Shown here piece by piece: positions 1 through 11,212 of a stretch of DNA of 32,000 bases; the first letter of the stretch is position 1, and the number at the start of each line of letters is the position of its first letter. Location: positions 1 to 32,000 of the forward strand of contig JADFSZ010000002.1 in the NCBI GenBank assembly GCA_022560555.1. Direction: 5' to 3'. Source of the stretch: PVC group bacterium (GTDB taxonomy: Bacteria; GCA-001730085; JADFSZ01). The translations under genes were made by a program, and so were the position numbers. Below the pieces are notes generated by a model. The model searched no databases, was not told the DNA's origin, and saw nothing but the letters and a program-made list of their open reading frames with translations.

Positions 1-13
1 TCATGATTTCCAA

Positions 14-339
14 TTATTCGGAAACAACCTTATAAACGATTTCCCCCGGCCTTGTCAAGCCCAATTCCTCACGTGCTATCTTCTCAATAACGAAACTATC
101 AGTTTCGAGGAGTTCAATCTCTCGTCGAATGTCCGCGTTTTGGCCGTGGATTTTCCCAATCTGAAGATTCAAACTGTGCTTTTCTTCCCGCAATTCATGT
201 GTTCTGGTAAAAATCGGAATAAATAAGTATCCCAACAAAAATAAAATGAACACACCGCTCAAAATAAGAACCGAAGGACGAACGGCTTCTTTTTTTCTTT
301 TTCTTTTCAGAACATATTGTCTTTTATTGAATATTCCCA

Positions 340-340
<1 letters not shown>
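14..340 (-). CDS. ftsB: FtsB/DivIC-family septum formation initiator
   Basis: Small bitopic protein with a basic N-terminus, one TM segment (VLILSGVFILFLLGYLFIPIF), a coiled-coil stretch and the C-terminal 'EKIAREELGLTRPGEIVY' signature typical of FtsB/DivIC. The ATG at 340-338 overlaps the eno stop (TGATG). The ORF-track start at 343 is a TTG one codon upstream. Confidence 0.75.
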
Positions 341-1665
<1,325 letters not shown>

Positions 1666-1728
1666 TTACATTCGTAAAACACAGCTATCCTTCGTTATTT
1701 TATATGATAATCCGAAATCCTGCTAGGC

Positions 1729-2955
1729 CTATTCTGATTTTGGAAGATTGACAGAGTTGTCAATCGGGAGATGTTCTCGAATATATTTTCGTTCACGCCT
1801 TTCATCGATCCGCTCGTAAATATCCACATGTCCCTGCCGTTCCTCACGCCAAAGATAAAGGCGGGGAATGTTCCGGCCTAAAGAACATAAAATCTCATAG
1901 GAAATAGTGCCGGTCCACTTGGCCATTGTGTGAGCGCTAATTTCACAAGCCCCCTGAGTTCCCATAAGAACAACCTCATCTCCGACAGCCGCAGCCGGAA
2001 TATCCGTAAGGTCTAAAACGATCTGATCCATACATACGCGGCCAATCACCGGCGCCTTTCGGCTATGAATAAGGGCATACCCTTTGTTCGAAAGGCAACG
2101 GAAGTAACCTAAACCATATCCAACCGGAATGATACCGATTTTGGTCCTTCTTTTTGTACGAAAAGTTTGTCCATAGCTGATATCCTTCTCGGGTAAGACA
2201 TCTTTAATAACCAGGACACGGCTTTTATAGGACATAGCCGGAATGAGATTCAGCTGATTTTTAATTCTCTCAGATGGAACATATCCATAGAGAGCCAAAC
2301 CGGGACGTACCATGTTATAGTGACAGGCGGGAAAGTCCAGCATGGCAGCGCTATTGCAAACATGGGTAAAAATATTTTTACCCATAGGTACATTTTTAAG
2401 AATTTTTTCAAAACGTTTGATTTGTTCAAAAAGGAAAGAACGATCCACTTCATCCGCTGTTGAAAAATGAGTATAAACTCCATCGATTTTTAAATAAGGC
2501 ATCTTTACTATTTCCTTAAGCACATCTTTCGCTTCATCACAATTGATGCCCAATCGTCCCATCCCTGTATCAATTTTGATGTGAATTTTAATGATTTGAC
2601 GGCGCTTGGACGCTTTGTCAGATAAATGGCGCGCCCAATCTATGGAATGGACCGTGGGAATCAGATTGTACTCAAGAATCGAATCAAGATCATCCGTGAG
2701 AAGACCTCCCATAACAAGAATCTCGCCGAAATGCCCCAGATTTCGTATGGCAATGCCCTCTTCAACATTATTCACTGCGAAAAAGCTCACGCCTTCCTTA
2801 GCCAAAATGCGCGCGATTTCACACGCGCCGTGGCCATAAGCATCAGATTTAACAACGGGGAGAACACAAACATCTCTTCCCACATAATTTTTAATCTCAT
2901 GGAAATTATGCACAATGGCATTAAGATTTATTTCCACCCAGGTATTAACCGACAT
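1729..2955 (-). CDS. alr: Alanine racemase, with a ~35-aa charged C-terminal tail
   Basis: PLP-lysine motif 'VVKSDAYGHG' near the N-terminus, 'RPGLALYG' and 'GRVCMDQ' motifs, and an ATG start at 2955. The extra C-terminal tail '...ERIDERRERKYIREHLPIDNSVNLPKSE' lies beyond the usual racemase end. Confidence 0.93.
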   Translation of the reverse strand: MSVNTWVEINLNAIVHNFHEIKNYVGRDVCVLPVVKSDAYGHGACEIARILAKEGVSFFAVNNVEEGIAIRNLGHFGEILVMGGLLTDDLDSILEYNLIPTVHSIDWARHLSDKASKRRQIIKIHIKIDTGMGRLGINCDEAKDVLKEIVKMPYLKIDGVYTHFSTADEVDRSFLFEQIKRFEKILKNVPMGKNIFTHVCNSAAMLDFPACHYNMVRPGLALYGYVPSERIKNQLNLIPAMSYKSRVLVIKDVLPEKDISYGQTFRTKRRTKIGIIPVGYGLGYFRCLSNKGYALIHSRKAPVIGRVCMDQIVLDLTDIPAAAVGDEVVLMGTQGACEISAHTMAKWTGTISYEILCSLGRNIPRLYLWREERQGHVDIYERIDERRERKYIREHLPIDNSVNLPKSE

Positions 2956-2985
2956 AAATTGGACCCATTCACCATTTATGGAAAA

Positions 2986-3639
2986 TTAGAACAGTACGAC
3001 AATTTCTCCTCGAGGAGGATTGTCCTGAAAATGATTATAAACGCTGCCGACATTGCCGCGGAAGATTTCTTCAAACTTTTTCGTAAGCTCCCGCGAGACA
3101 ACCACATCCACACCCGAATTTATTGTATTCAAGAGTTCAAGTAAAGTCAACAAACGATGTGGAGATTCATAAATTATTTTCGTATAGGGGCATTGGATCA
3201 GTTCTTGAAGCATCTTTTTCCTTTTCCCCTTTTTCACCGGAAGAAACCCAACAAACAAAAACTTATCCGTGGGACACCCCGACGTGACAAGCGCGGCTAT
3301 ACACGCAGTGGCCCCCGGGATCGGAATAACTGAAATGTTTTCCTCAATAGCCTTTCGGATGAGATAAAACCCGGGATCGGAAACCCCCGGGGTTCCTGAA
3401 TCAGTTACCAAAGCAAGGGTTAGGCCTTCTTTTAATTTTTCAATCAATTGCGATGTCCGTTTAACCTTGTTATGCTCGTGATAGGATATCATCGGGGTAT
3501 GAATTTGATAATGGCTAAGAAGTTTTTTGGTGTGCCGGGTATCTTCGGCCGCGATCAAAGACGCTTCCCCCAAAATTCTTATGGCACGTAAGGTAATGTC
3601 TTCCAAGTTACCGATCGGGGTGCTTACAACATACAGCAT
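2986..3639 (-). CDS. rsmI: 16S rRNA (cytidine1402-2'-O)-methyltransferase RsmI
   Basis: 'MLYVVSTPIGNLEDITLRAIRIL...IAAEDTRHTKKLL', 'TDSGTPGVSDPG', 'IPGATA' and 'ESPHRL' are the tetrapyrrole-methylase-fold RsmI signature. Confidence 0.9.
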   Translation of the reverse strand: MLYVVSTPIGNLEDITLRAIRILGEASLIAAEDTRHTKKLLSHYQIHTPMISYHEHNKVKRTSQLIEKLKEGLTLALVTDSGTPGVSDPGFYLIRKAIEENISVIPIPGATACIAALVTSGCPTDKFLFVGFLPVKKGKRKKMLQELIQCPYTKIIYESPHRLLTLLELLNTINSGVDVVVSRELTKKFEEIFRGNVGSVYNHFQDNPPRGEIVVLF

Positions 3640-3682
3640 GCGGGTCTACCTCATCTTAGGTTAAAACGGGGTGTGTTCCTTT

Positions 3683-4474
3683 TCACTGGTTTAATACCGG
3701 AAACGTTTTTCGAAAAGCCCGAAGTTTTTTTAAAGAAATTGTAACGGAAAGAGTTCCTTCGCGTACCGGAAGCCGTTTCATAACGGATCCGTCAAAAGAG
3801 ATGATACATGTTTCTCCGCACCTGGCTTCATTCCCTTTGCCCCCCGTTTGATTACAAGCGCAAAAATAGACTTGATTTTCTATGGCCCGGGCTCGAGTCA
3901 GGTATCGCCACGCGATTGATCCTGTTTTGGTTCTGAAGGATGAGGGTAAAAAAATAATTTCGGCTCCTTTACGGACTAAGCGGCGAAAATACTCAGGATA
4001 GCGCAAATCAACACATATCCCCAATCCAATACGAATGCCGTCCAAAACCACGATTCCGTCTCTCACGCCTTTCGATGTATGCCGGGATTCATCTATAATA
4101 AAATCTTTTCGTTTAACAATGTACCAATACTTTTTGTGATAGGCATGGACCACACGCCCCCCACGATGGATCACCAGGGTTGTGTTTGTTGGTTTTTGTT
4201 TTCGAGAACGCCTTAACAGTAAACTTCCTAAAATCAAATGAACCTTGTTTTTCCGCGCAAATTCTTGAAACCATTTTATCCACGGAGAATTCCGTTCTAC
4301 CATGTTTTTTTCCGTGAATGTCCCAAAATAGAGAAAAGTCTCAGGCAAACAAATGATTTCCGGCCGGTCGATCATCGCTCTATTCAATAGACGGCATGTT
4401 TTTTTAAAATTATTTTCCGGATGTGATGATGCGGTCAATTGAATGAGAGTAATTCGGACAGTTTCTTTCGGCAT
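3683..4474 (-). CDS. Carbon-nitrogen hydrolase family protein (nitrilase/amidase superfamily)
   Basis: Glu-Lys-Cys triad context: 'ICLPETF' (Glu), 'HKKYW' (Lys) and 'GLGICVDLRYPE' (Cys). Length is 263 aa with an ATG start. Substrate cannot be assigned. Confidence 0.85.
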   Translation of the reverse strand: MPKETVRITLIQLTASSHPENNFKKTCRLLNRAMIDRPEIICLPETFLYFGTFTEKNMVERNSPWIKWFQEFARKNKVHLILGSLLLRRSRKQKPTNTTLVIHRGGRVVHAYHKKYWYIVKRKDFIIDESRHTSKGVRDGIVVLDGIRIGLGICVDLRYPEYFRRLVRKGAEIIFLPSSFRTKTGSIAWRYLTRARAIENQVYFCACNQTGGKGNEARCGETCIISFDGSVMKRLPVREGTLSVTISLKKLRAFRKTFPVLNQ

Positions 4475-4498
4475 TGTATCTATTTATGTTATTCCTAA

Positions 4499-4726
4499 TT
4501 ATTTTTTCCTGAGAATCTTATCAAGGAGGGATCGTGCTTCTTTTTTACGCGCTTTCGTGATTTTCTTCGTTTTTCTTGTTTTTTTAAGATAAAGCGTCAA
4601 CACATCACCTTCTTTCGCGCCAGACGGCAAAAGCCACGAGGGCAATATCACCTTAAAGGCTCGCCCATGAATTTCCAAAATGGCCCGATCCTTTTCTACG
4701 CGATCCAATATCACTTTTGTAATCAT
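4499..4726 (-). CDS. DUF3006-like small protein with a Lys-rich tail
   Basis: 'ILDRVEKDRAILEIHGRAFKVILPSWLLPSGAKEGDVL' resembles the DUF3006 pattern (xDRIEgdxAVLE...LPxxAKEGDVL). The C-terminal third is K/R-rich. Confidence 0.5.
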   Translation of the reverse strand: MITKVILDRVEKDRAILEIHGRAFKVILPSWLLPSGAKEGDVLTLYLKKTRKTKKITKARKKEARSLLDKILRKK

Positions 4727-4729
4727 TGA

Positions 4730-5284
4730 TTATTTAGTTGTCGTTAATTTAATGGCTTGTTTTTTTATAGAATTTAAAAGCTCATGTATCTCTTCCGCCC
4801 ACTTATCTCCGCCGGGAAGCGACAGACATTTGTTGAAATGCTTGTCGGCAAGCTTGGGATTATTTTCTTCACAGGCGATTTTTCCTAATTGAAAATAGCA
4901 ATCCTGATCTCTCTTGTTTTCTCTAATAATTTGCTCAAAAACCATTCGGGCATCCATGCGCTCGCCTTGAAGATACAGGGCGAGGGCTTGACGGTATCGT
5001 TCCTCTGCTTTTTGGGAATACGGAGTCGGGGCCAAAGAAGTGTTGAGTGTGCAAATATCGATCAAGTTGTACAGCCACACCCAAAGAGCAAGAATACCAA
5101 ATCCAATCGCCAAAACTTTGTTGATGGGAGTGGGCATCCATCGAATGCTCCCTAACGCGAGAATGAAACAAACAAGAAACGTCCCAAAAAATGCGGCACC
5201 TCTTTTTGGATACCCTTTGAGCCAATGGCCTGTCCCGCAGACAAGCAAACTGCTTGTGAGAGCTATCATATCCCGCATTGCCAT
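4730..5284 (-). CDS. Hypothetical membrane protein with a C-terminal TPR-like helical region
   Basis: Three or four hydrophobic segments in the first ~80 aa. These are followed by 'AEERYRQALALYLQGERMDARMVFEQIIRENKRDQDCYFQLGKIACEENNPKLADKHFNKCL', which resembles TPR repeats. No family was recognised. Confidence 0.45.
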   Translation of the reverse strand: MAMRDMIALTSSLLVCGTGHWLKGYPKRGAAFFGTFLVCFILALGSIRWMPTPINKVLAIGFGILALWVWLYNLIDICTLNTSLAPTPYSQKAEERYRQALALYLQGERMDARMVFEQIIRENKRDQDCYFQLGKIACEENNPKLADKHFNKCLSLPGGDKWAEEIHELLNSIKKQAIKLTTTK

Positions 5285-5317
5285 CCGATCCTGATTAGGG
5301 TTATCATGTTTACACTT

Positions 5318-7291
5318 TTAATGTATTTGTCCATACTGCCGCTCAATGTCATCACGGTATTTTATAAACTGAGGATTTTCTTCAAAGAACTTCGAATCGA
5401 TTTTGCGGATAAGGTCAACTTGTTCCTTCGCTTCGGGAATCATTTTCTTTTTCCAATAATACATAGCAAGATTCATTCGGGTTCCCGCGTGCAATGGATT
5501 AATCTTGCTTGCCGTTTGATAAATCTCGTACGCTCGATCTATTTGGCCGTCTAAGGTATAAACAGCCCCGAGATTGTTTAAGATAATCTCATAATACGGA
5601 TACAACTTCAAGGCTTTTTTATACTTTTCGATGGCTTTTTCGAAAGAATCATGCGCGGCCATGAGCCGATTTTCTTTTCGATATTTTTCCCCGTTTCGCT
5701 GATGAATTCTTCCCAGAAAAAATCCGATTTGTTCATCGGCAAAATACCATTCTTCAGCTTGATGAAGATCACGCAAAGCTGAATTCAAATTTTCTCGACG
5801 ATAATGGACGATCCCATCTTTTATATACCTGCTGCCGATCCAACGGCGCGGGACAACAGAAAAAGCATAAAGAAAAAGACAAACGGTGAGACACAAGATA
5901 AACATACGTCTAAAAATTTGTTTTGAAGACAATGAGATTCCCCATACATCATCGGATTTTTTGCCGGATCCCCAAATAGAATTTCCGGCCCAGATCATTC
6001 CGCCTGTTGCCCAAAACATCCAAGCCCCGGCCGGGACAGTCAGCAAAACATATCCGAATAATCCCTGGATCAGACACCCAACAAAAACGCCGCCAAAACA
6101 ATAAACATAAAATCGTTTGGCCCTGTCGCTCGATTTAAATAAAGCAAAAAGACTCCATCCCCAATGTCCGATAAGAAGCATAAAAACACCGATCCCCAAC
6201 ACACCCGTTTCGCTCATGATGTTAAGGTACTCATTGTGGGCTTTGACATACTTTATGCCTTTTCCGGTAAAGCCCCGTTCTTCTGTACTTCGAAACTTCA
6301 TGTGCTCCACCTTAAAATTACCGATACCATGACCCAGCAACGGAGCATCTTTGATAATGGATACAGTATCTTTCCACACAAGAAGTCTTGTTTTTCTCGC
6401 ATAATTGTCCGGATCAAAAATGGATATAAATCGATCTGTAAATCCCTGAACGCTCTCGGGCATGTTGTGCCGATAAGAACTTTTCTCATTGGAAACCAAC
6501 AGCACGACCGCAAACAATAGGACGAGAACCAGGGGGATCATCCGTAATAATCTTATCATCCATTTGCCAAGAGATTTGCCTCCCCAAACGACAATGAGCG
6601 TATAAACAAGGAAAATCCCTCCGAGAGAACCGAGCCAAACTCCACGGGTTTGTGCTACTAAGAGAAACAAGCCGCATACAAGCGCTACAAAACCAGCAAA
6701 GATTTTCATGGGACGAGTTGGGGCGAACATCATCCCGACTGAAATCAAAAACGGGGTCAGCATATATTCCGACGCATAATTATAATGTCCTAAAAGAGCC
6801 TTGTGTTCCGTTCTAGGTAAATCAAAATGAATCCCCTGATGAATCACAACATCATAGATAAATGTTCCCAGCCCACCGGCCATCATAGCTAAAATCAGCA
6901 TCTTAAGATGGGATTCCTTTTGAAAAGTTTCCGAAATGATGATGGCGAGCATAACAAACCCGAGAACGCTTCTTAAAACAAAAAGAGCCTCATACTTATT
7001 TACAGCCGGGATGAGCGAAAAAATATTTATACTCCCAAACAGTATCGCAAAAATATATCCTGCGTTTCTTTTAAGATATAAGCCTCCTAAAGCGAGGCCC
7101 CTTACAAGGAAGAAACTTGAGATGAGGCACAAAAACATTTGTATGCTTGTGCTTTTCGGCAAGCTATGAATATTGTCCGTAAAAGGAGAATGAATAAACG
7201 GGATGAAGAACGTCATCCCAAGAATGCTCCACCTAATGATTCTATCCCAAACAGGCGCCTGATTTTGCCCTACATGATTTTGATTCATCAT
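5318..7291 (-). CDS. O-antigen ligase/polymerase (Wzy_C) family polytopic membrane protein fused to C-terminal TPR repeats
   Basis: About 12 TM segments. The Wzy_C-type loop motif 'KAHNEYLNIMSETGVLGIGVFMLLI' is present. The C-terminal ~170 aa has TPR-like repeats ('YYEIILNNLGAVYTLDGQIDRAYEIYQTASKINP', 'NLAMYYWKKKMIPEAKEQ'). A 4-nt overlap with the folC stop indicates co-translation. Confidence 0.8.
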   Translation of the reverse strand: MMNQNHVGQNQAPVWDRIIRWSILGMTFFIPFIHSPFTDNIHSLPKSTSIQMFLCLISSFFLVRGLALGGLYLKRNAGYIFAILFGSINIFSLIPAVNKYEALFVLRSVLGFVMLAIIISETFQKESHLKMLILAMMAGGLGTFIYDVVIHQGIHFDLPRTEHKALLGHYNYASEYMLTPFLISVGMMFAPTRPMKIFAGFVALVCGLFLLVAQTRGVWLGSLGGIFLVYTLIVVWGGKSLGKWMIRLLRMIPLVLVLLFAVVLLVSNEKSSYRHNMPESVQGFTDRFISIFDPDNYARKTRLLVWKDTVSIIKDAPLLGHGIGNFKVEHMKFRSTEERGFTGKGIKYVKAHNEYLNIMSETGVLGIGVFMLLIGHWGWSLFALFKSSDRAKRFYVYCFGGVFVGCLIQGLFGYVLLTVPAGAWMFWATGGMIWAGNSIWGSGKKSDDVWGISLSSKQIFRRMFILCLTVCLFLYAFSVVPRRWIGSRYIKDGIVHYRRENLNSALRDLHQAEEWYFADEQIGFFLGRIHQRNGEKYRKENRLMAAHDSFEKAIEKYKKALKLYPYYEIILNNLGAVYTLDGQIDRAYEIYQTASKINPLHAGTRMNLAMYYWKKKMIPEAKEQVDLIRKIDSKFFEENPQFIKYRDDIERQYGQIH

Positions 7292-8583
7292 GATGCCCTT
7301 TGAAATTTCTTGCTTGCGTGCTCCAACAGATAGATCGATCCCGTAACCAAGACAACATCTCTTTCAGGTTTTTGAAGGTTTTTTTTAGTTTCGGAGAACG
7401 CGGAGATAAAATCAGGATAAATTTTTACGGCTCGGCCAAGATTTTTAACCAAACCAGCCAGTCGATCAACGTGGCGAAATCGCGCCGTTTTTAGCCGCAC
7501 AATGGCAACTTGGCGCACCCTCGGAATAAGAATGCGGCACATGAGAGCCGCATGTTTGTCATCGAGAATAGACAGTATCAGATAGATATCTTTGTCGAAA
7601 AAGTAGCAATTGAGATTATCCTTGAGAACATGAAAAGCGGGAGCATTATGCGCGGCATCCAATACAACATAAGGATTTTTTGAAACAATCTCAAATCGAC
7701 AGGGCCACCGGGTGTGTTTCAGCCCTTGACGCATCCGATGGACTTGTATGGGAAAATGGTCCCGCAAAACATGGAGCGATGTTATGGCGGCGGCTAAATT
7801 ATCCCGCTGATGAAGCCCCAGAAGCGGGACCGTAAAGTTCTCATAGAGACTTCCATTCGCCTTAACCGAAATCTTCTTTTGGGCGTGACAAGTCCGGTGA
7901 CTTTGAAAAAGGACGCCCCAAAGGGGCGCTCTTTGTTTTTCGCAAGTTTTTTTCAAAACAAGAAGGGCCTCTTTTTTTGTTTCTCCGCTAATGCAGGGGA
8001 TACGATTTTTGACAATCCCGGCCTTTTCTCCGGCAATCTTACGGATATTATCTCCGAGCCAATACGTATGGTCCTTGGCAATATTCGTGATCACGGTGAC
8101 TAAAGGCCTAATGACGTTCGTCGCGTCCAGACGTCCTCCCATTCCAACTTCCATAATAGCAATATCAACCTTCATTTTTTCAAAATACATGAATGCGATA
8201 GCCGTTACAGCTTCAAAAAAAGTCATTGAAACCCCGGGGGGAAGATTTCGAGATAATTTTTTAACCTCCTCGGCTAGACCAGAAAGGGCCTTTTCGGATA
8301 TCGTCTTTTCAATTTGAAGGGGGTTAATAATTTTTATTCTTTCGGCAAGCTGACAGATATGAGGCGATGTGTAGAGACCCACTTTGAGATCGTGCGCCGC
8401 TAACATCCGAGCTATCATGGATGCCGTTGATCCTTTGCCGTTTGTTCCCGCGATATGAATCGTCTTATAAGCGTTTTGAGGGAAACCCGCCGCGGCAAGG
8501 AGAGTTTCCATGTTAGATAAGCCGAATTTGATACCAAATAAAGTTAAGGACTGCAGATATTTTTGAGTACAAACAGCTGCCAT
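7288..8583 (-). CDS. folC: Bifunctional folylpolyglutamate synthase / dihydrofolate synthase
   Basis: Mur-ligase P-loop 'HIAGTNGKGST', 'EVGMGGRLDATNV' and 'LDAAHNAPA'. It lies immediately downstream of accD, the same accD-folC synteny seen in E. coli. Confidence 0.9.
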   Translation of the reverse strand: MAAVCTQKYLQSLTLFGIKFGLSNMETLLAAAGFPQNAYKTIHIAGTNGKGSTASMIARMLAAHDLKVGLYTSPHICQLAERIKIINPLQIEKTISEKALSGLAEEVKKLSRNLPPGVSMTFFEAVTAIAFMYFEKMKVDIAIMEVGMGGRLDATNVIRPLVTVITNIAKDHTYWLGDNIRKIAGEKAGIVKNRIPCISGETKKEALLVLKKTCEKQRAPLWGVLFQSHRTCHAQKKISVKANGSLYENFTVPLLGLHQRDNLAAAITSLHVLRDHFPIQVHRMRQGLKHTRWPCRFEIVSKNPYVVLDAAHNAPAFHVLKDNLNCYFFDKDIYLILSILDDKHAALMCRILIPRVRQVAIVRLKTARFRHVDRLAGLVKNLGRAVKIYPDFISAFSETKKNLQKPERDVVLVTGSIYLLEHASKKFQRAS

Positions 8584-8626
8584 AAGAGGAAGGCCGGTTT
8601 TTCTTACTACCAGGGTTATAAATAGC

Positions 8627-9463
8627 TTAGGGGCTTAAATAATCAAGCAACGAGGCGATTCGGGCTTTTAATTCGGACCTCTCGACAATAATATCAATCA
8701 TGCCGTGTTCTAAAAGAAATTCTGATCGTTGAAACCCTTCCGGGAGTTTTTGCCGTATGGTCTGTTCAATCACGCGGGGGCCGGTAAATCCTATGAGGGC
8801 CTTCGGCTCGGCAACAATCACATCTCCTACGGACGCAAAACTGGCCATCACGCCGGCCATCGTAGGATTTGTCAAAATAGATATAAAAGGCAGATTCGCT
8901 TGGCGTAGGAGCCCTAAAGCCGCGCAGGTTTTCGCCATCTGCATCAAAGAATACAAGCCTTCATACATACGCGCTCCACCACCTGATCCCGAGATAATCA
9001 GAACCGGACGTCGTTCATCGATAGCTTTTTCGATCATACGTGTCAACTTTTCTCCCACAACAGATCCCATGCTGCCCATAATAAAGTTGGAATCTGTAAC
9101 CCCAATGCGAACACCATAACCCAGAACTTTCCCGCTTCCGGTAATAACGGCATCATCCAGACCGGTTTTTTTCTGATCGGCCTTTAACTTTTCCTTATAG
9201 GGCTTTGTCCCCGTGAAATTCAGAGGATCGTTCGCGCGCAACCTCCATGGATCCTCACAAAATGTCCCTTTATCAATCAAGTAATCGATTCTTCTCTGAG
9301 CGGTCAACGGGATATGGTGTCCGCATTCCGGACAGACGTATAACGTTTCCTCAAGCTTTTTTGTATAGATGAGTTTTCCGCAACCGGTACATTTTGACCA
9401 AATGCCTTCGGGCATACTACGTTTTTTTGTCAATTTCCAACGAGGGAAACCAAACCAACTCAT
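8627..9463 (-). CDS. accD: Acetyl-CoA carboxylase carboxyltransferase beta subunit
   Basis: N-terminal Zn-ribbon 'CTGCGKLIYTKKLEETLYVCPECGHH', followed by a carboxyltransferase core ('GGSMGSVVGEK', 'SGGARMYEG'). Confidence 0.95.
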   Translation of the reverse strand: MSWFGFPRWKLTKKRSMPEGIWSKCTGCGKLIYTKKLEETLYVCPECGHHIPLTAQRRIDYLIDKGTFCEDPWRLRANDPLNFTGTKPYKEKLKADQKKTGLDDAVITGSGKVLGYGVRIGVTDSNFIMGSMGSVVGEKLTRMIEKAIDERRPVLIISGSGGGARMYEGLYSLMQMAKTCAALGLLRQANLPFISILTNPTMAGVMASFASVGDVIVAEPKALIGFTGPRVIEQTIRQKLPEGFQRSEFLLEHGMIDIIVERSELKARIASLLDYLSP

Positions 9464-10299
9464 ATCTGCTCCTCTAATACCCGCACCGCCCCATAGCCTC
9501 CGACAGACGTCCCATCCGCTTCTAGTTCTATACAGCGGCTGACACGGTCCTGAAAAGTGGCGTTCATTGAAACATGCGGATATCCATTTTGCATGACAAC
9601 ATCATGATTGACGGCAAGAGCCCGTTTAGAATCATTGCATTCCTGTGACAAATGGACCAAAAACACATAATAAAGTTCTTTATGTAAAACTTTTTCAATG
9701 ATATGAGCGCACTCCTCATTCGAAAGGTGGCCAAAATTCCCCATGATCCTCTTTTTGAGATAACTCGGCCGTTTTGACTTCGCCAGCAACTCAACATCGT
9801 GATTAGATTCTATCACAAGAATATTCACATTGAGAAGATTTTCAAGAACGGTCGGAGTCAAACATCCCAAATCTAAGGCAATCCCGATTTTACAGCTTTC
9901 AGTTTGAATTCTGAATCCGACAGGGTCCGTACTGTCATGCATAACGGAGAAAGGCTTTATCGTAAAATCTCCGATCGTAAATTCTTTAAGTGTTTCAAAA
10001 ATTTGAAAACTTTTATGGTTTCGACTTTTTCTGTTGATCGCTTTATGTGTGAGGCGGCTCGTATATATGACAGGAGCATCTGTGCTTGACATATCTTTGA
10101 GGGCCCTGATATGATCCATATGCTCATGCGTAATCAGGATCGCGTCTATGGACTCCCACTCGACAGAAATGGCCTTTAAGCGGTTTTTCAGCTCTTTGAG
10201 GGGCAATCCCGCGTCCACAAGCACATGCGTTTTTCCAACTGATACATAAATCGCATTGCCCTTGCTCCCACTCGCCAAAACACAAAATTTTAACATCAC
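9460..10299 (-). CDS. MBL-fold metallo-hydrolase (YycJ-like)
   Basis: 'LASGSKGNAIYV....HVLVDAG' and the metal motif 'ITHEHMDH'. A 4-nt overlap exists with the accD start. Confidence 0.85.
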   Translation of the reverse strand: MMLKFCVLASGSKGNAIYVSVGKTHVLVDAGLPLKELKNRLKAISVEWESIDAILITHEHMDHIRALKDMSSTDAPVIYTSRLTHKAINRKSRNHKSFQIFETLKEFTIGDFTIKPFSVMHDSTDPVGFRIQTESCKIGIALDLGCLTPTVLENLLNVNILVIESNHDVELLAKSKRPSYLKKRIMGNFGHLSNEECAHIIEKVLHKELYYVFLVHLSQECNDSKRALAVNHDVVMQNGYPHVSMNATFQDRVSRCIELEADGTSVGGYGAVRVLEEQI

Positions 10300-10331
10300 T
10301 GGTTCATCCTACGCGTTGTGCAGCTCTCGTA

Positions 10332-10811
10332 TCATTGGTTCAATCGGTATTTCAACGGGTCATGCGGGAGTACATAAGGTTTGATCGGTTGCGGCGCTTT
10401 GTTTAATGTGTTTGATAAAGGGCTGGTCGGACTCGTATAAGGCGGGATGCCGCCCGGAACATTCTGCAATGTGTTGGGATACCTGAGTGGTTTTTGATAG
10501 TTTTCAAGTTTGTAACGTAACGGATCCCGCGGATCATTCAGCGGATCATAATCAGGAAACACGCTTTGTTCTTGAGTGTCCGACACATCCCGTATCACTT
10601 CCTGCGCTAGAGCTTCATCTTTTATCGATTCTTCGAATCTGTCGCTCGGAAGATCTTTGCCGGAAAGCTCCGGAGACATATCTTCGTCAACTTGGGATAC
10701 TTCATCTGGGGGCTCGGGACTTTCGAGATCTTTTTTGGAGCTCAAAGATGACCAGAAAACAATACCGACGATGGATAGCAAAACAAGTATTACGAATATC
10801 TTTTTATTCAT
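10332..10811 (-). CDS. Hypothetical exported/anchored acidic, proline-rich protein
   Basis: N-terminal signal/anchor 'MNKKIFVILVLLSIVGIVFW', then low-complexity D/E/P-rich sequence with repeated 'DPL..R' and 'PLRY' motifs. No family was recognised. Confidence 0.45.
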   Translation of the reverse strand: MNKKIFVILVLLSIVGIVFWSSLSSKKDLESPEPPDEVSQVDEDMSPELSGKDLPSDRFEESIKDEALAQEVIRDVSDTQEQSVFPDYDPLNDPRDPLRYKLENYQKPLRYPNTLQNVPGGIPPYTSPTSPLSNTLNKAPQPIKPYVLPHDPLKYRLNQ

Positions 10812-11193
10812 GAGAAACCGCCTTATTTTGGTTAGGTGGGATTTTTAACGCCTGCCCCGCATAAATTTTTGACGCGTCTTCAATATGATTCATCTCCGTG
10901 ATTTCTTTTAATGCAACCTGATGCCGTTGTGCAATACCGTATAGGGTCTCTCCTTTTTTGACGATATAGATGATCGTGTTTTGATGAAAATTCAGCTTTT
11001 CCGGAGCAACAACATCAATCGTTTGAAACTTGAATTCACTTCTCTCTTCAAGAGACTTTTCGGGCAAAATATCTTCCTCTTTAACCATCGGCAAATGCCG
11101 GTAAGGGACATCTCCGGATCGTGCTGTTTCGGTAGACCGGCATCCGGCCATGCACATGATGACAACAAAAAAAATAAGATATTTCTTCTTCAT
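10804..11193 (-). CDS. LysM-domain lipoprotein
   Basis: The ATG at 11193 gives 'MKKKYLIFFVVIMCMAGC' (lipobox MAGC). The C-terminal LysM is 'YIVKKGETLYGIAQRHQVALKEITEMNHIEDASKIYAGQALKIP'. The longer ORF-track start (11247) adds a non-signal N-terminus and overlaps comEA. Confidence 0.75.
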   Translation of the reverse strand: MKKKYLIFFVVIMCMAGCRSTETARSGDVPYRHLPMVKEEDILPEKSLEERSEFKFQTIDVVAPEKLNFHQNTIIYIVKKGETLYGIAQRHQVALKEITEMNHIEDASKIYAGQALKIPPNQNKAVSHE

Positions 11194-11212
11194 AAAGTCG
11201 CGTATTCGTTCT

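Noticed and set aside
2606-3144. Plus-strand ORFs (77 aa and 172 aa) antisense to alr and rsmI
   Set aside because: They lie entirely within, or bridge, two strongly supported minus-strand genes, and they have no recognisable motifs.
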